The notes under the pieces were generated by a model that was not told the origin of the DNA, did not search any database, and saw only the letters and a program-made list of their open reading frames with translations. Positions 11,904 to 22,845 of a stretch of 64,000 nucleotides of DNA are shown one piece after another. The stretch spans positions 31,992,001-32,056,000 of the forward strand of contig CATNEN010000038.1 of assembly GCA_950097015.1 (NCBI GenBank), written 5' to 3'. This DNA comes from Macrostomum hystrix (Eukaryota > Animalia > Platyhelminthes). The position numbers and the translations under genes were made by a program. Within the stretch, counting starts at the first letter, position 1. Every line of letters starts with the position of its first letter.

Positions 11904-11914
11904 CTAATAAAAAT

Positions 11915-12455
11915 AGGGGTTGGGGGATATTTTGGAATGTGGTTAGGGGATATTTGGGAATGGGGTTAGGGCAGGGGTAGGCAAACTTATTTGCTGGCGG
12001 GCCAAAGAAAGAACTAAATGACGACAGCGGGCCGCATTGACTGTATAAATATGAGATAGGGGAGGGATATGAGACACAGGAAAGATGAGACACCGGAGAG
12101 ATAAGACAGGGGAGAGATTAGACACGGGAGAGATTAAACACGAGATAGATGAAACAGGACACTGCAGATGTCAGAAGGGGCAACGGGCCGGATTTGGGAG
12201 CTTCGAGTGCCGCATCTGGCCCGCGGGCTGGAGTTTGCCGACCCCTGGGTTTGGGGATATTTGGGAATGGGGTTAGGGGATATTTGCGAATGGTGTTAGG
12301 GAATATTCGTGTATGGGGTTAGGGGATATTTGGGGATGGGGTTAGGGAATATTAGGGGATGGGGTTCGGGGGATATTTTAGAATGGGGTTAGGGAATATT
12401 AGGGGATGGGGTTCGGGGGATATTTTAGAATGGGGTTAGGGGATATTTAGGAATA
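11915..12455. repeat. 23-nt minisatellite (reverse complement of 6462-7530), interrupted by a MITE
   Basis: GGGGATATTTGGGAATGGGGTTA units. Confidence 0.9.
11972..12247. mobile_element. Non-autonomous hAT (Charlie-type) MITE, 276 bp
   Basis: TIRs CAGGGGTAGGCAAAC / GTTTGCCGACCCCTG (14/15), subterminal GCGGGCC motifs, 8-bp TSD GGTTAGGG / GGTTTGGG (7/8). Confidence 0.88.
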
Positions 12456-12491
12456 AGAGGATATTCGCTGCAGGCATCAAAGCACACTCAC

Positions 12492-13072
12492 CCGGCATTC
12501 AAATTAGGCTCGTATTCATGAGTCTTCCTGTACAGATTGGCCAGTTTGATGGCCAGTATGAGGCAGGGCAGGAGGCAGATGAGGCACAGTCCATAGCCGG
12601 CCCAGAAGCCGTTGAATGGTCTCAGCAGGCTAACAAAGGGAGTGCCGACAATGCTTCGCAGGGAGGCGCCGAGATTCCTACAGTCCAACGCGGAGGAGAG
12701 CAGGCCGGCCAAGGCTGGAAAGATTGTCTGGTTGAGCAGCTGCTCCGCTGACCCGATGCCGCCTTCCACAGCCGACTGGTTGATGAGGCTGCTCAGGATA
12801 GCGGGTGAGCGCAGGTTCGATTCCAGTTTAGTCAGGATGTCAGTCAGGCTAGCGAAACTGGTGTTGAGGTCGGCAACTTCCGAGTCCAGGGTCCGCAGCT
12901 GGGTTAGAAAGGCCTCGCCCGTGTTGTTAACATTGTCAAAGGCGGTTGATAGGTTGTTGTGGAGGAAGGCGAAGGGAGGACGATCCCCAGGGTTTGCGTT
13001 GCGCGAGATATTGTCCAGAGCTGCTAGGAGAGACGCCAGGCCGAAGTGAGGCAAGACCTTTCTGACATGAGT
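12492..13072 (-). CDS. prom: Prominin copy B exon (paralog of 5781-6361)
   Basis: Same 581-nt length and splice sites; near-identical protein. Confidence 0.9.
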
Positions 13073-13254
13073 CTGAGGAGCAAAATCAAATTTAAACAAT
13101 TAATTCCTGCTCACTACTCGTTAGCAGCCTAAGTAAGTAGTATGCACTTGACCTAAGTAACTTAAACCACAACTTAAACCATAGACTATGCTAAACTGCG
13201 AATCTAAAAAATCCAGTTTATAATCCCGAAAAATCCCGACACTACTCCGCGGAA

Positions 13255-14105
13255 ACCCATTAGTAATCCTGAAATCCCATTACTACTCCTGAAATCACAT
13301 TTGTAATCCTGAAATCTTATTACTAATCCTGAAATCCCATTACTAATCCTGAAATCCCAGTACAAATCCTGAAATCCCATTGCTAATCCTAAAATCCCAT
13401 TGCTAATCCTAAAATCCCATTACTAATCCTGAAATCCCATTGCTAATCCTAAAATCCCATTACTAATCCTGAAATCCCATTGCTAATCCTAAAATCCCAT
13501 TACTAATCCTGAAATCCCATTGCTAATCCTAAAATCCCATTAATAATCCTGAAATCCCATAATTAATCCTAAAATCCCATTACTAATCCTGAAATCCCAT
13601 TGCTAATCCTAAAATCCCATTACTAATCCTAAAATCCCATTACTAATCCTGAAATCCCATTGCTAATCCTAAAATCCCATTACTAATCCTTAAATCCCAT
13701 AATTAATCCTGAAATCCCATTGCTAATCCTAAAATCCCATTACTAATCCTGAAATCCCATTGCTAATCCTGAAATCCCATTGCTAATTCTGAAATCCCAT
13801 TACTAATCCTGAAATCCCATAATTAATCCTAAAATCCCATTGCTAATCCTAAAATCCCATTGCTAATCCTAAAATCCCATTACTAATCCTGAAATCCAAT
13901 TACTAATCCTGAAATCCCATTCCCAAACCTGAAAAATCCCATTCCCAAACCTGAAAAATCCCATTCTCAAACCTGAAAAATCCCATTCCCAAGCATGAAA
14001 ACTCCCATTTCCAAACATGAAATCCCATTCTTTAACCTAAAAAGAATCCTATTCCCAAACTAGAAAACTCCCATTCCTTAATCTAAAAAGAAGAATCCCA
14101 TTCCA
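13255..14105. repeat. 20-nt minisatellite (reverse complement of 5215-5595), expanded
   Basis: ATCCCATTACTAATCCTGAA tandem units. Confidence 0.95.
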
Positions 14106-14196
14106 TTCACATTCACACGAGTTGAAGCAACAAAGCATTGAGTAGAAATAGAGTTTCTATAGTTTAGAAAAGCTGACCAGAGTGGCTGTAACTCAC

Positions 14197-14552
14197 CTCA
14201 AACTGGGTAAAGTTTCTAAGCGTTGCATTCTCAGAAAGTTCCTGCATGTTGCGCAACTCGCTAGCAGTTAGCGAGAGTCCCTGATAATAGTCTGATACCT
14301 GTTTGATCAATCGATTGAGCAAGTCGGACAGGCCGAGATAATTTGACAGGACGTTCAGATCGATTGCCTCGGCAAGGGTCTGACCCTCACAGCCGGACAA
14401 TAGCATACTCACTGGCTTCTTGGCCAGGTTGTGAAGTGACAAATTCTGTGGGGAAGGAACACTTCGCTCGATGAGTCGATTAACAAATTCATCTAGCAGC
14501 GAGTAGCCATAGTTGCCGGTCCGGCCGCTGACGTAGCGACATACTTCGGTCT
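14197..14552 (-). CDS. prom: Prominin copy B exon (paralog of 4745-5124, 24 nt shorter)
   Basis: Conserved splice sites; in-frame loss of NQTVNSVA. Confidence 0.85.
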
Positions 14553-14612
14553 CTGCCATTCAAAGCAAGGAAACTTATTCAATTATTAGTGCCAAAAAAC
14601 ATTTCGACATAG

Positions 14613-17168
14613 TTCCCACTGTGCAGTCCGTCGGAAATCCCACTCTGCAGTCCCTAAAAATCCCACTGTACAGTCCCTAAAAGATCCCAATCTGCAGTCC
14701 CTAAAAGATCCCACTGTACAGTCCCTAAAAGATCCCAATCTGCAGTCCCTAAAATATCCCACTCTGCAGTCCCTAAAAGATCCCAATCTGCAGTCCCTAA
14801 AAGATCCCACTGTACAGTCCCTAAAAGATCCCAATCTGCAGTCCCTAAAATATCCCACTCTGCAGTCCCTAAAATATCCCACTCTGCAGTCCCTAAAATA
14901 TCCCACTCTGCAGTCCCTAAAATATCCCACTCTGCAGTCCCTAAAATATCCCACTCTGCAGTCCCTAAAATATCCCACTCTGCAGTCCCTAAAAGATCCC
15001 AATCTGCAGTCCCTAAAATATCCCACTCTGCAGTACCTACAAGTTCCCACTCTGCAGTCCCTACAAGTTCCCACTCTGCAGTCCCTATAAGTTCCCACTC
15101 TGCAGTCCCTACAAGTTCCCACTCTGCAGTCCCTAAAATATCCCACTCTGCAGTCCCTAAAAGATCCCACTGTACAGTCCCTAAAAGATCCCACTCTGCA
15201 GTCCCTTAGAGATCCCACTCTGCAGTCCCTTGGAGATCCCACTCTGCAGTCCCTAAAAGATCCCATTCTGAACTCCCACAGAGGTCCCACTCTGCAGTCC
15301 CTAAAATATCACCATTTTGAAGTCCCTAAAGGATCCCACTCTGCAGTCCCTTAGAGATCCCACTCATGAGTCCCTTAGAGATCCCACTCATGAGTCCCTT
15401 AGAGATCCCACTCTGCAGTCCCTAGAATATCCCACTCTGCAGTCCCTAAAAGATCCCACTCATGAGTCCCTTAGAGATCCCACTCATGAGTCCCTTAGAG
15501 ATCCCACTCTGCAGTCCCTAGAATATCCCACTCTGCAGTCCCTAAAAGATCCCACTCATGAGTCCCTTAGAGATCCCACTCATGAGTCCCTTAGAGATCC
15601 CACTCTGCAGTCCCTAGAATATCCCACTCTGCAGTCCCTAAAAGATCCCACTCATGAGTCCCTTAGAGATCCCACTCATGAGTCCCTTAGAGATCCCACT
15701 CTGCAGTCCCTAGAATATCCCACTCTGCAGTCCCTAAAAGATCCCACTCATGAGTCCCTTAGAGATCCCACTCTGCAGTCCCTACAAGTTCCCACTCTGC
15801 AGTCCCTAGAATATCCCACTCTGCAGTCCCTAAAAGATCCCACTCATGAGTCCCTTAGAGATCCCACTCATGAGTCCCTTAGAGGTCCCACTCTGCAGTC
15901 CCTAGAATATCCCACTCTGCAGTCCCTAAAAGATCCCACTCATGAGTCCCTTAGAGATCCCACTCTGCAGTCCCTACAAGTTCCCACTCTGCAGTCCCTA
16001 CAAGTTCCCACTCTGCAGTCCCTACAAGTTCCCACTCTGCAGTCCCTACAAGTTCCCACTCTGCAGTCCCTAAAAGATCCCACTCTGCAGTCCCTAAAAT
16101 ATCACCATTTTGAAGTCCCTAAAAGATCCCACTCTGCAGTCCCTAAAATATCACCATTTTAAAGTCCCTAAAATATCCCACTCTGCAGTCCCTAAAGGAT
16201 CCCACTCATGAGTCCCTTAGAGATCCCACTCTGCAGTCCCTAAGAGATCCCACTCTGCAGTCCCTAAAAGATCCCATTCTGAACTCCCACAGAGGTCCCA
16301 CTCTGTAGTCCCTAAAATATCACCATTTTGAAGTCCCTAAAGGATCCCACTCTGCAGTCCCTTAGAGATCCCACTCATGAGTCCCTTAGAGATCCCACTC
16401 TGCAGTCCCTAGAATATCCCACTCTGCAGTCCCTAAAAGATCCCACTCATGAGTCCCTTAGAGATCCCACTCTGCAGTCCCTAAAAGATCCCACTCTGCA
16501 GTCCCTAAAATATCACCATTTTGAAGTCCCTAAAAGATCCCACTCTGCAGTCCCTAAAATATCACCATTTTAAAGTCCCTAAAATATCCCACTCTGCAGT
16601 CCCTAAAGGATCCCACTCTGCAGTCCCTAAAGGATCCCACTCATGAGTCCCTTAGAGATCCCACTCTGCAGTCCCTAAAGGATCCCACTCTGCAGTCCCT
16701 AAAGGATCCCACTCATGAGTCCCTTAGAGATCCCACTCTGCAGTCCCTAAAGGATCCCACTCTGCAGTCCCTAAAGGATCCCACTCATGAGTCCCTTAGA
16801 GATCCCACTCTGCAGTCCCTAAGAGATCCCACTCTGCAGTCCCTAAAAGATCCCATTCTGAACTCCCACAGAGGTCCCACTCTGCAGTCCCTAAAATATC
16901 ACCATTTTGAAGTCCCTAAAGGATCCCACTCTGCAGTCCCTAAAGGATCCCACTCATGAGTCCCTTAGAGATCCCACTCATGAGTCCCTTAGAGATCCCA
17001 CTCTGCAGTCCCTAAGAGATCCCACTCTGCAGTCCCTAGAATATCCCACTCTGCAGTCCCTAAAAGATCCCACTCATGAGTCCCTTAGAGATCCCACTCT
17101 GCAGTCCCTAAGAGATCCCACTCTGCAGTCCCTAAAAGATCCCATTCTGAACTCCCACAGAGATCCCA
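14613..17168. repeat. 24-nt minisatellite (reverse complement of 4440-4683), expanded about tenfold
   Basis: ATCCCACTCTGCAGTCCCTAAAAG units with higher-order blocks. Confidence 0.95.
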
Positions 17169-17203
17169 TGTCGCGATCCCACAGCAGGCTGTATGCAACT
17201 CAC

Positions 17204-17606
17204 CCGCCAAGCCGCCGCCAAGGAAGAAGAGCATTGCGATGAGCATCAGCAGGGCGTAGAACAGGCAGCCGAGTCCCACGCTGGCCAGGAGGCAGTTGGC
17301 GCCGACGCCGCGGTTGCAGCAGCCGGAGTCTTCGAATGGCGGCTCGCCAGCGCAGCCGAACAATAATCCCATGTACAACAGCAGCACCAGAAGCAGGCAG
17401 AAGGTCACTAGCCCGATGCAGATGTAATATCGGAAAGAATCAAAATAGGACGCCATTTCCCAAACTGGCTCCTCCTGCCTTGAGATCGGATTGAACACTT
17501 GGAAAGCGCTAATGTTGCCATAGCGACGCAGCGATAGGGACAGGGGCATGATCAGGCTGTAGGTCATGTTCATTTTGCTCTGAGCCTCGGCTATGTACTT
17601 TTCGAA
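17204..17606 (-). CDS. prom: Prominin copy B exon (paralog of 3969-4404, 33 nt shorter)
   Basis: Conserved splice sites; TM and Cys-rich part identical at protein level. Confidence 0.9.
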
Positions 17607-17750
17607 CTGGAATGAGACGCGGAGGCGCGGGCGCGCATAGGCTAGAACCCGAAACCGTCACGCCACGTCACTCAGCCTTTCCTCACTCAGAATCCCCTTC
17701 CCTCACTCAGAATTCCCTCCCTTGTGACGCTGGGTGCGTCCGTCACTCAC

Positions 17751-18438
17751 CGCATCCATGCCAAAGGCGGTGACATTGGCCAGAACTCGCTCTCCGTCTT
17801 TAATGATATTTAATGAAGCCAGCAGTACCGTACTATTGACCATGGCTAGCTGATGATTGAAGTCCGTTAAGCTCTGCATGATAACCGGGTTGAAATTATC
17901 CTCCACTCCACTAAAATTCTTCAGGGTGAAGTACACCAAGTCACAATTAGCTTGTAGGCGAGCCAGCAACCGAAAAAAAATGTTGCCTTGCAGAAAAAGA
18001 TCCGGATTAGGGCAGCCAAACTGTGGCTCAGTTAAAAGCTGCTTTTGGATAGTAATAGTTCCGTTTAAAGCTGTGATGGAGTCGATATAGGCCTGAAAAT
18101 GCGCCAGGACATCGCTGGTTCGATTCTGCATCCATCTAACTTTTCCAATAGCATCGCCGAAGGCCACGAACGCACTAGTTGCATTGATGACGCTGTCGTT
18201 GACATTGACGCCGCTAAGCAGTTGTTGAAATCGTTGAAGAGTTGCGTTGGCTTTCGGTCTCAGATTATTGGCCAAGTTGTCAATGACGCCAGGCGTGGCA
18301 TTGCGACCGCGATTGACTGCAGTCTCCAGGGAATCGGCAATGCGACTGAAAGCTCCGCTGATGTTTGCGAAGGCCCTCCCGCTGGACAGCTGGTCCCGCA
18401 GCTGCTGATTGGCCAGGAGGGCGAACACGCTGCCGAAA
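17751..18438 (-). CDS. prom: Prominin copy B exon (paralog of 2808-3444, 51 nt longer)
   Basis: Conserved splice sites; in-frame gains of 14 and 3 aa. Confidence 0.8.
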
Positions 18439-18748
18439 CTGTGTCGGAGAGGGTGGTAGGATGATAATTCGGTGATTATACGGCCAGTGAGTAGAAGATG
18501 AGAAGTTTATTGATCGATTTATTGGATTCGTAAGACTGATAAGACTGACTGATACTTGGTTAAGTGCCTTAGATGTATTGGTGGCTCAGTGATTGATTAA
18601 TGAATAGATTTATTGATATATTGATTTATTGATTGATTTATTGATATACTAAGTGATAAATTTTATAGACCCAATTTTATAGATAGATTGACAAAACTGA
18701 TATTTGACTGATTGATGAATTTGATAGAATGGTTATTGACTAAGTAAA

Positions 18749-18982
18749 TTATTGTAGTTCGATAAAATCGGTCTTTCGCGTCCCTGGGATTTCCCTAGGG
18801 AAATCCAAAAAAATAGGTTAAACTCAAAATGTCTATGGTCGTTAAGCTATAATATATAGATATGTCTATGGTTTCGAGGGCTGCGGGATAAGGGATTAGT
18901 ACTTATCGTACTACAATAACCCTATAGCACGGTTTCCTCGGTCTTTAATGTCTATGACCTCGAGGCGAGGTGCTATAGTATT
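18749..18982. mobile_element. Short structured insertion, possibly a Helentron/HINE-type or MITE element
   Basis: 17-bp inverted repeats (18749-18765 / 18903-18919, 1 mismatch), 20-nt palindrome at 18787-18806, terminal hairpin ACCTCG-AGG-CGAGGT. Confidence 0.45.
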
Positions 18983-19369
18983 ACATTGATAAACTGATTA
19001 TTGACTGATTGATTGATTTTTTGACTGATTATAGACAGAGTGAATAATTGATTGATTGATCATCGACTGAATGATTTATTGATAGATGGATTGGTGGCTG
19101 AGTGGTAAATTGACTCATTAGCAGCTAGCCGATCGTGACTAGATGATTGAATGATGTTCTCAAATTGGGGATTGAGTGTTGCTCTAAGACAAACTGTGGC
19201 AGAGGGGTGTCAACGCACATTAAACAAATATTGATGTGGGCAATGGAACCCGAATTAAATATTTTTCGTTACGCAAAAAATTGCTCCCCTTCGGGGAGCA
19301 GAAATACTTTAAATTCGTCTAGTACGAGTATATACTTTTTAGCAGCTGAATTTACAGCTTTTTAAAGCT

Positions 19370-19965
19370 ACAATGAACCCCCAGTTGACAATGATCCCCC
19401 CGTTTACAATGATCCCCCAGTTGACAATGATCCCCCAGTTGACAATGAACCCCCAGTTGACAATGATCCCCCAGTTGACAATAATCCCCCAGTTGACAAT
19501 GATCCCACAGTTGACAATGATCCCCCAGTTGATGATGATCCCCCCGTTGATGATGATCCCCCAGTTGATGATGATCCCCCCGTTGATGATGATCTCCCAG
19601 TTGACAATGATCCCGCCCGTTGACAATGATCCTCCAGTTCACAATGATCCCCCAGTTGATGATGACTCCCCATTGATGATGATCCCCCGTTAACAATGTT
19701 CCTCCAGTTGACAATGAACCCCCAGTTGACAATGATCCCCCAGTTGATGATGATCACCCAGTTGACAATGATCCCCCCGTTGATGATGATCCCCCAGTTG
19801 ATGATGATCACCCAGTTGACAATGATCCCCCAGTTGACAATGATCCCACAGTTGACAATTTTCCACCAGTTGACAATTATCCCCCAGTTTACCATGATCC
19901 CCCAGTTGACGATTATCCCCCAGTTTACCATGATCCCCATTTTGATGATGACTCCACAGTTGACG
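19370..19965. repeat. 18-nt minisatellite CCCCCAGTTGACAATGAT
   Basis: Tandem units. Confidence 0.95.
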
Positions 19966-20838
19966 TTGATTTTTCAAACGCTGGGTAAGCCAAGATTCTA
20001 ACTCAGATTTCGCCATGTTTTAAACCCTGGTGGGCTATGATTCAAACTCTCGTTTTGCCATGATTTAGACTCTGGTTGACTATGATTCAAACTCTGGTTG
20101 GCTATGATTCAAACTCTGGTTTAGCCATGATTGAAACTCTGGTTTAGCCTTGATTCAAACTCTGGTTTTGCCATGATTCAAACTCTGGTTTAGCCATGAT
20201 TCAGACTCTGGTTGACTATGATTCAAACTCTGGTTGGCTATGATTCAAACTCTGGTTTTGCCATGATTCAAGCTCTGGTTTAGCCATGATTCAAACTCTG
20301 GTTTAGCCATGATTCAGACTCTAGTTTAACTATGATTCAAACTCTGGTTTAGCCATTATTCAGACTCTGGTTTAGCCATGATTCAGACTCTAGTTTAGCC
20401 ATGATTGAAACTCTGGTTTAGCCATGATTTAAACTCTAGTTTAGCCATGCTGATGATGATGGTTTAGCCATGATTCAAGATCTGGTTTAGCCATGATTCA
20501 AACTCTGGTTTAGCCATGATCCAGACTCTAGTTTAGCAATGATTGAAACTCTGGTTTAGCCATGATTCAGACTCTGGTTTAGCCATGTTTCAAACTCTGG
20601 TTTAGCCATGATTCAAACTCTGGTTTAGCCATGATTCAAACTCTGGTTTAGCAATGATTCAAACTCTGGTTTTGCCATGATTCAGACTCTGGTTGGCCAT
20701 GATTCAAACTCTGTTTTAGCCATGATTTAAACTCTAGTTTAGCCATGCTGATGATGATGGTTTAGCCATGATTCAAGATCTGGTTTAGCCATGATTCAAA
20801 CTCTAGTTTAGCCATGATTCAGACTCTAGTTTAGCAAT

Positions 20839-21045
20839 TGTAGTGCACTGCGTTGCCCTGTCCCTCCCACGCGGGCATAGTCAACGTGCACTGCTCTTGG
20901 CACGTACTGTATGTATACACGCACTGTTGCGTAATGCGCTCATGGCTGGACTGCACGTCGGCCTGCCTGCACTGGACGGCACTATATAACAACTCAAATA
21001 TACGGCCCAAGAGGTCACGTTCCTTTCTCACTCAACTGCACTACA
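20839..21045 (+). mobile_element. Solo LTR (207 bp), copy 1
   Basis: TGTAGTGCA...TGCACTACA termini, 5-bp TSD GCAAT on both sides. Confidence 0.93.
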
Positions 21046-21738
21046 GCAATGATTGAAACTCTGGTTTAGCCATGATTCAGACTCTGGTTTAGCCATGTTT
21101 CAAACTCTGGTTTAGCAATGATTCAAACTCTGGTTTTGCCATGATTCAGACTCTGGTTGGCCATGATTCAAACTCTGTTTTAGCCATGATTCAAACTCTT
21201 GTTTAGCCATGATTCAGACTCTGGTTTAGCCAGGATTCAGACTCTGGTTTAGCCATGATTCAGACTCTGGTTTAGCCATGATTCAGACTCTGGTTTAGCC
21301 AGGATTCAAACTCTGGTTTAGCCATGCTGATGATGAAGGTTTAGCCATGATTCAGACTCTGGTTTAGCCTTGATTCAAACTCTGGTTTAGCCATGATTCA
21401 AACTCTGGTTTAGCCATGATCCAGACTCTAGTTTAGCAATGATTGAAACTCTGGTTTAGCCATGATTCAGACTCTGGTTTAGCCATGTTTCAAACTCTGG
21501 TTTAGCCATGATTCAAACTCTGGTTTAGCCATGATTCAAACTCTGGTTTAGCAATGATTCAAACTCTGGTTTTGCCATGATTCAGACTCTGGTTGGCCAT
21601 GATTCAAACTCTGTTTTAGCCATGATTTAAACTCTAGTTTAGCCATGCTGATGATGATGGTTTAGCCATGATTCAAGATCTGGTTTAGCCATGATTCAAA
21701 CTCTAGTTTAGCCATGATTCAGACTCTAGTTTAGCAAT

Positions 21739-21945
21739 TGTAGTGCACTGCGTTGCCCTGTCCCTCCCACGCGGGCATAGTCAACGTGCACTGCTCTTGG
21801 CACGTACTGTATGTATGCACGCACTGTTGCGTAATGCGCTCATGGCTGGACTGCACGTCGGCCTGCCTGCACTGGACGGCACTATATAACAACTCAAATA
21901 TACGGCCCAAGAGGTCACGTTCCTTTCTCACTCAACTGCACTACA
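21739..21945 (+). mobile_element. Solo LTR, copy 2
   Basis: Same sequence, same GCAAT TSD and flanks. Confidence 0.93.
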
Positions 21946-22845
21946 GCAATGATTGAAACTCTGGTTTAGCCATGATTCAGACTCTGGTTTAGCCATGTTT
22001 CAAACTCTGGTTTAGCAATGATTCAAACTCTGGTTTTGCCATGATTCAGACTCTGGTTGGCCATGATTCAAACTCTGTTTTAGCCATGATTCAAACTCTT
22101 GTTTAGCCATGATTCAGACTCTGGTTTAGCCAGGATTCAGACTCTGGTTTAGCCATGATTCAGACTCTGGTTTAGCCATGATTCAGACTCTGGTTTAGCC
22201 AGGATTCAAACTCTGGTTTAGCCATGCTGATGATGAAGGTTTAGCCATGATTCAGACTCTGGTTTAGCCTTGATTCAAACTCTGGTTTAGCCATGATTCA
22301 AACTCTGGTTTAGCCATGATCCAGACTCTAGTTTAGCAATGATTGAAACTCTGGTTTAGCCATGATTCAGACTCTGGTTTAGCCATGTTTCAAACTCTGG
22401 TTTAGCCATGATTCAAACTCTGGTTTAGCCATGATTCAAACTCTGGTTTAGCAATGATTCAAACTCTGGTTTTGCCATGATTCAGACTCTGGTTGGCCAT
22501 GATTCAAACTCTGTTTTAGCCATGATTTAAACTCTAGTTTAGCCATGCTGATGATGATGGTTTAGCCATGATTCAAGATCTGGTTTAGCCATGATTCAAA
22601 CTCTAGTTTAGCCATGATTCAGACTCTAGTTTAGCAATTGTAGTGCACTGCGTTGCCCTGTCCCTCCCACGCGGGCATAGTCAACGTGCACTGCTCTTGG
22701 CACGTACTGTATGTATGCACGCACTGTTGCGTAATGCGCTCATGGCTGGACTGCACGTCGGCCTGCCTGCACTGGACGGCACTATATAACAACTCAAATA
22801 TACGGCCCAAGAGGTCACGTTCCTTTCTCACTCAACTGCACTACA

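Larger units (their letters stand above)
19990..22638. repeat. 23-nt satellite TTAGCCATGATTCAAACTCTGGT, partly organised as 900-bp units with solo LTRs
   Basis: Tandem units; LTR starts at 20839, 21739 and 22639. Confidence 0.95.

Noticed and set aside
14586-17242. Long ORFs with 8-aa repeats (RDCRVGYF, DPTLQSLK)
   Set aside because: Translation of a 24-nt intronic minisatellite; the paralogous intron has only ~10 units
18786-18806. NF-kB-like sites GGGATTTCCC
   Set aside because: Better explained as part of a palindrome inside a putative mobile element; no evidence for regulatory use
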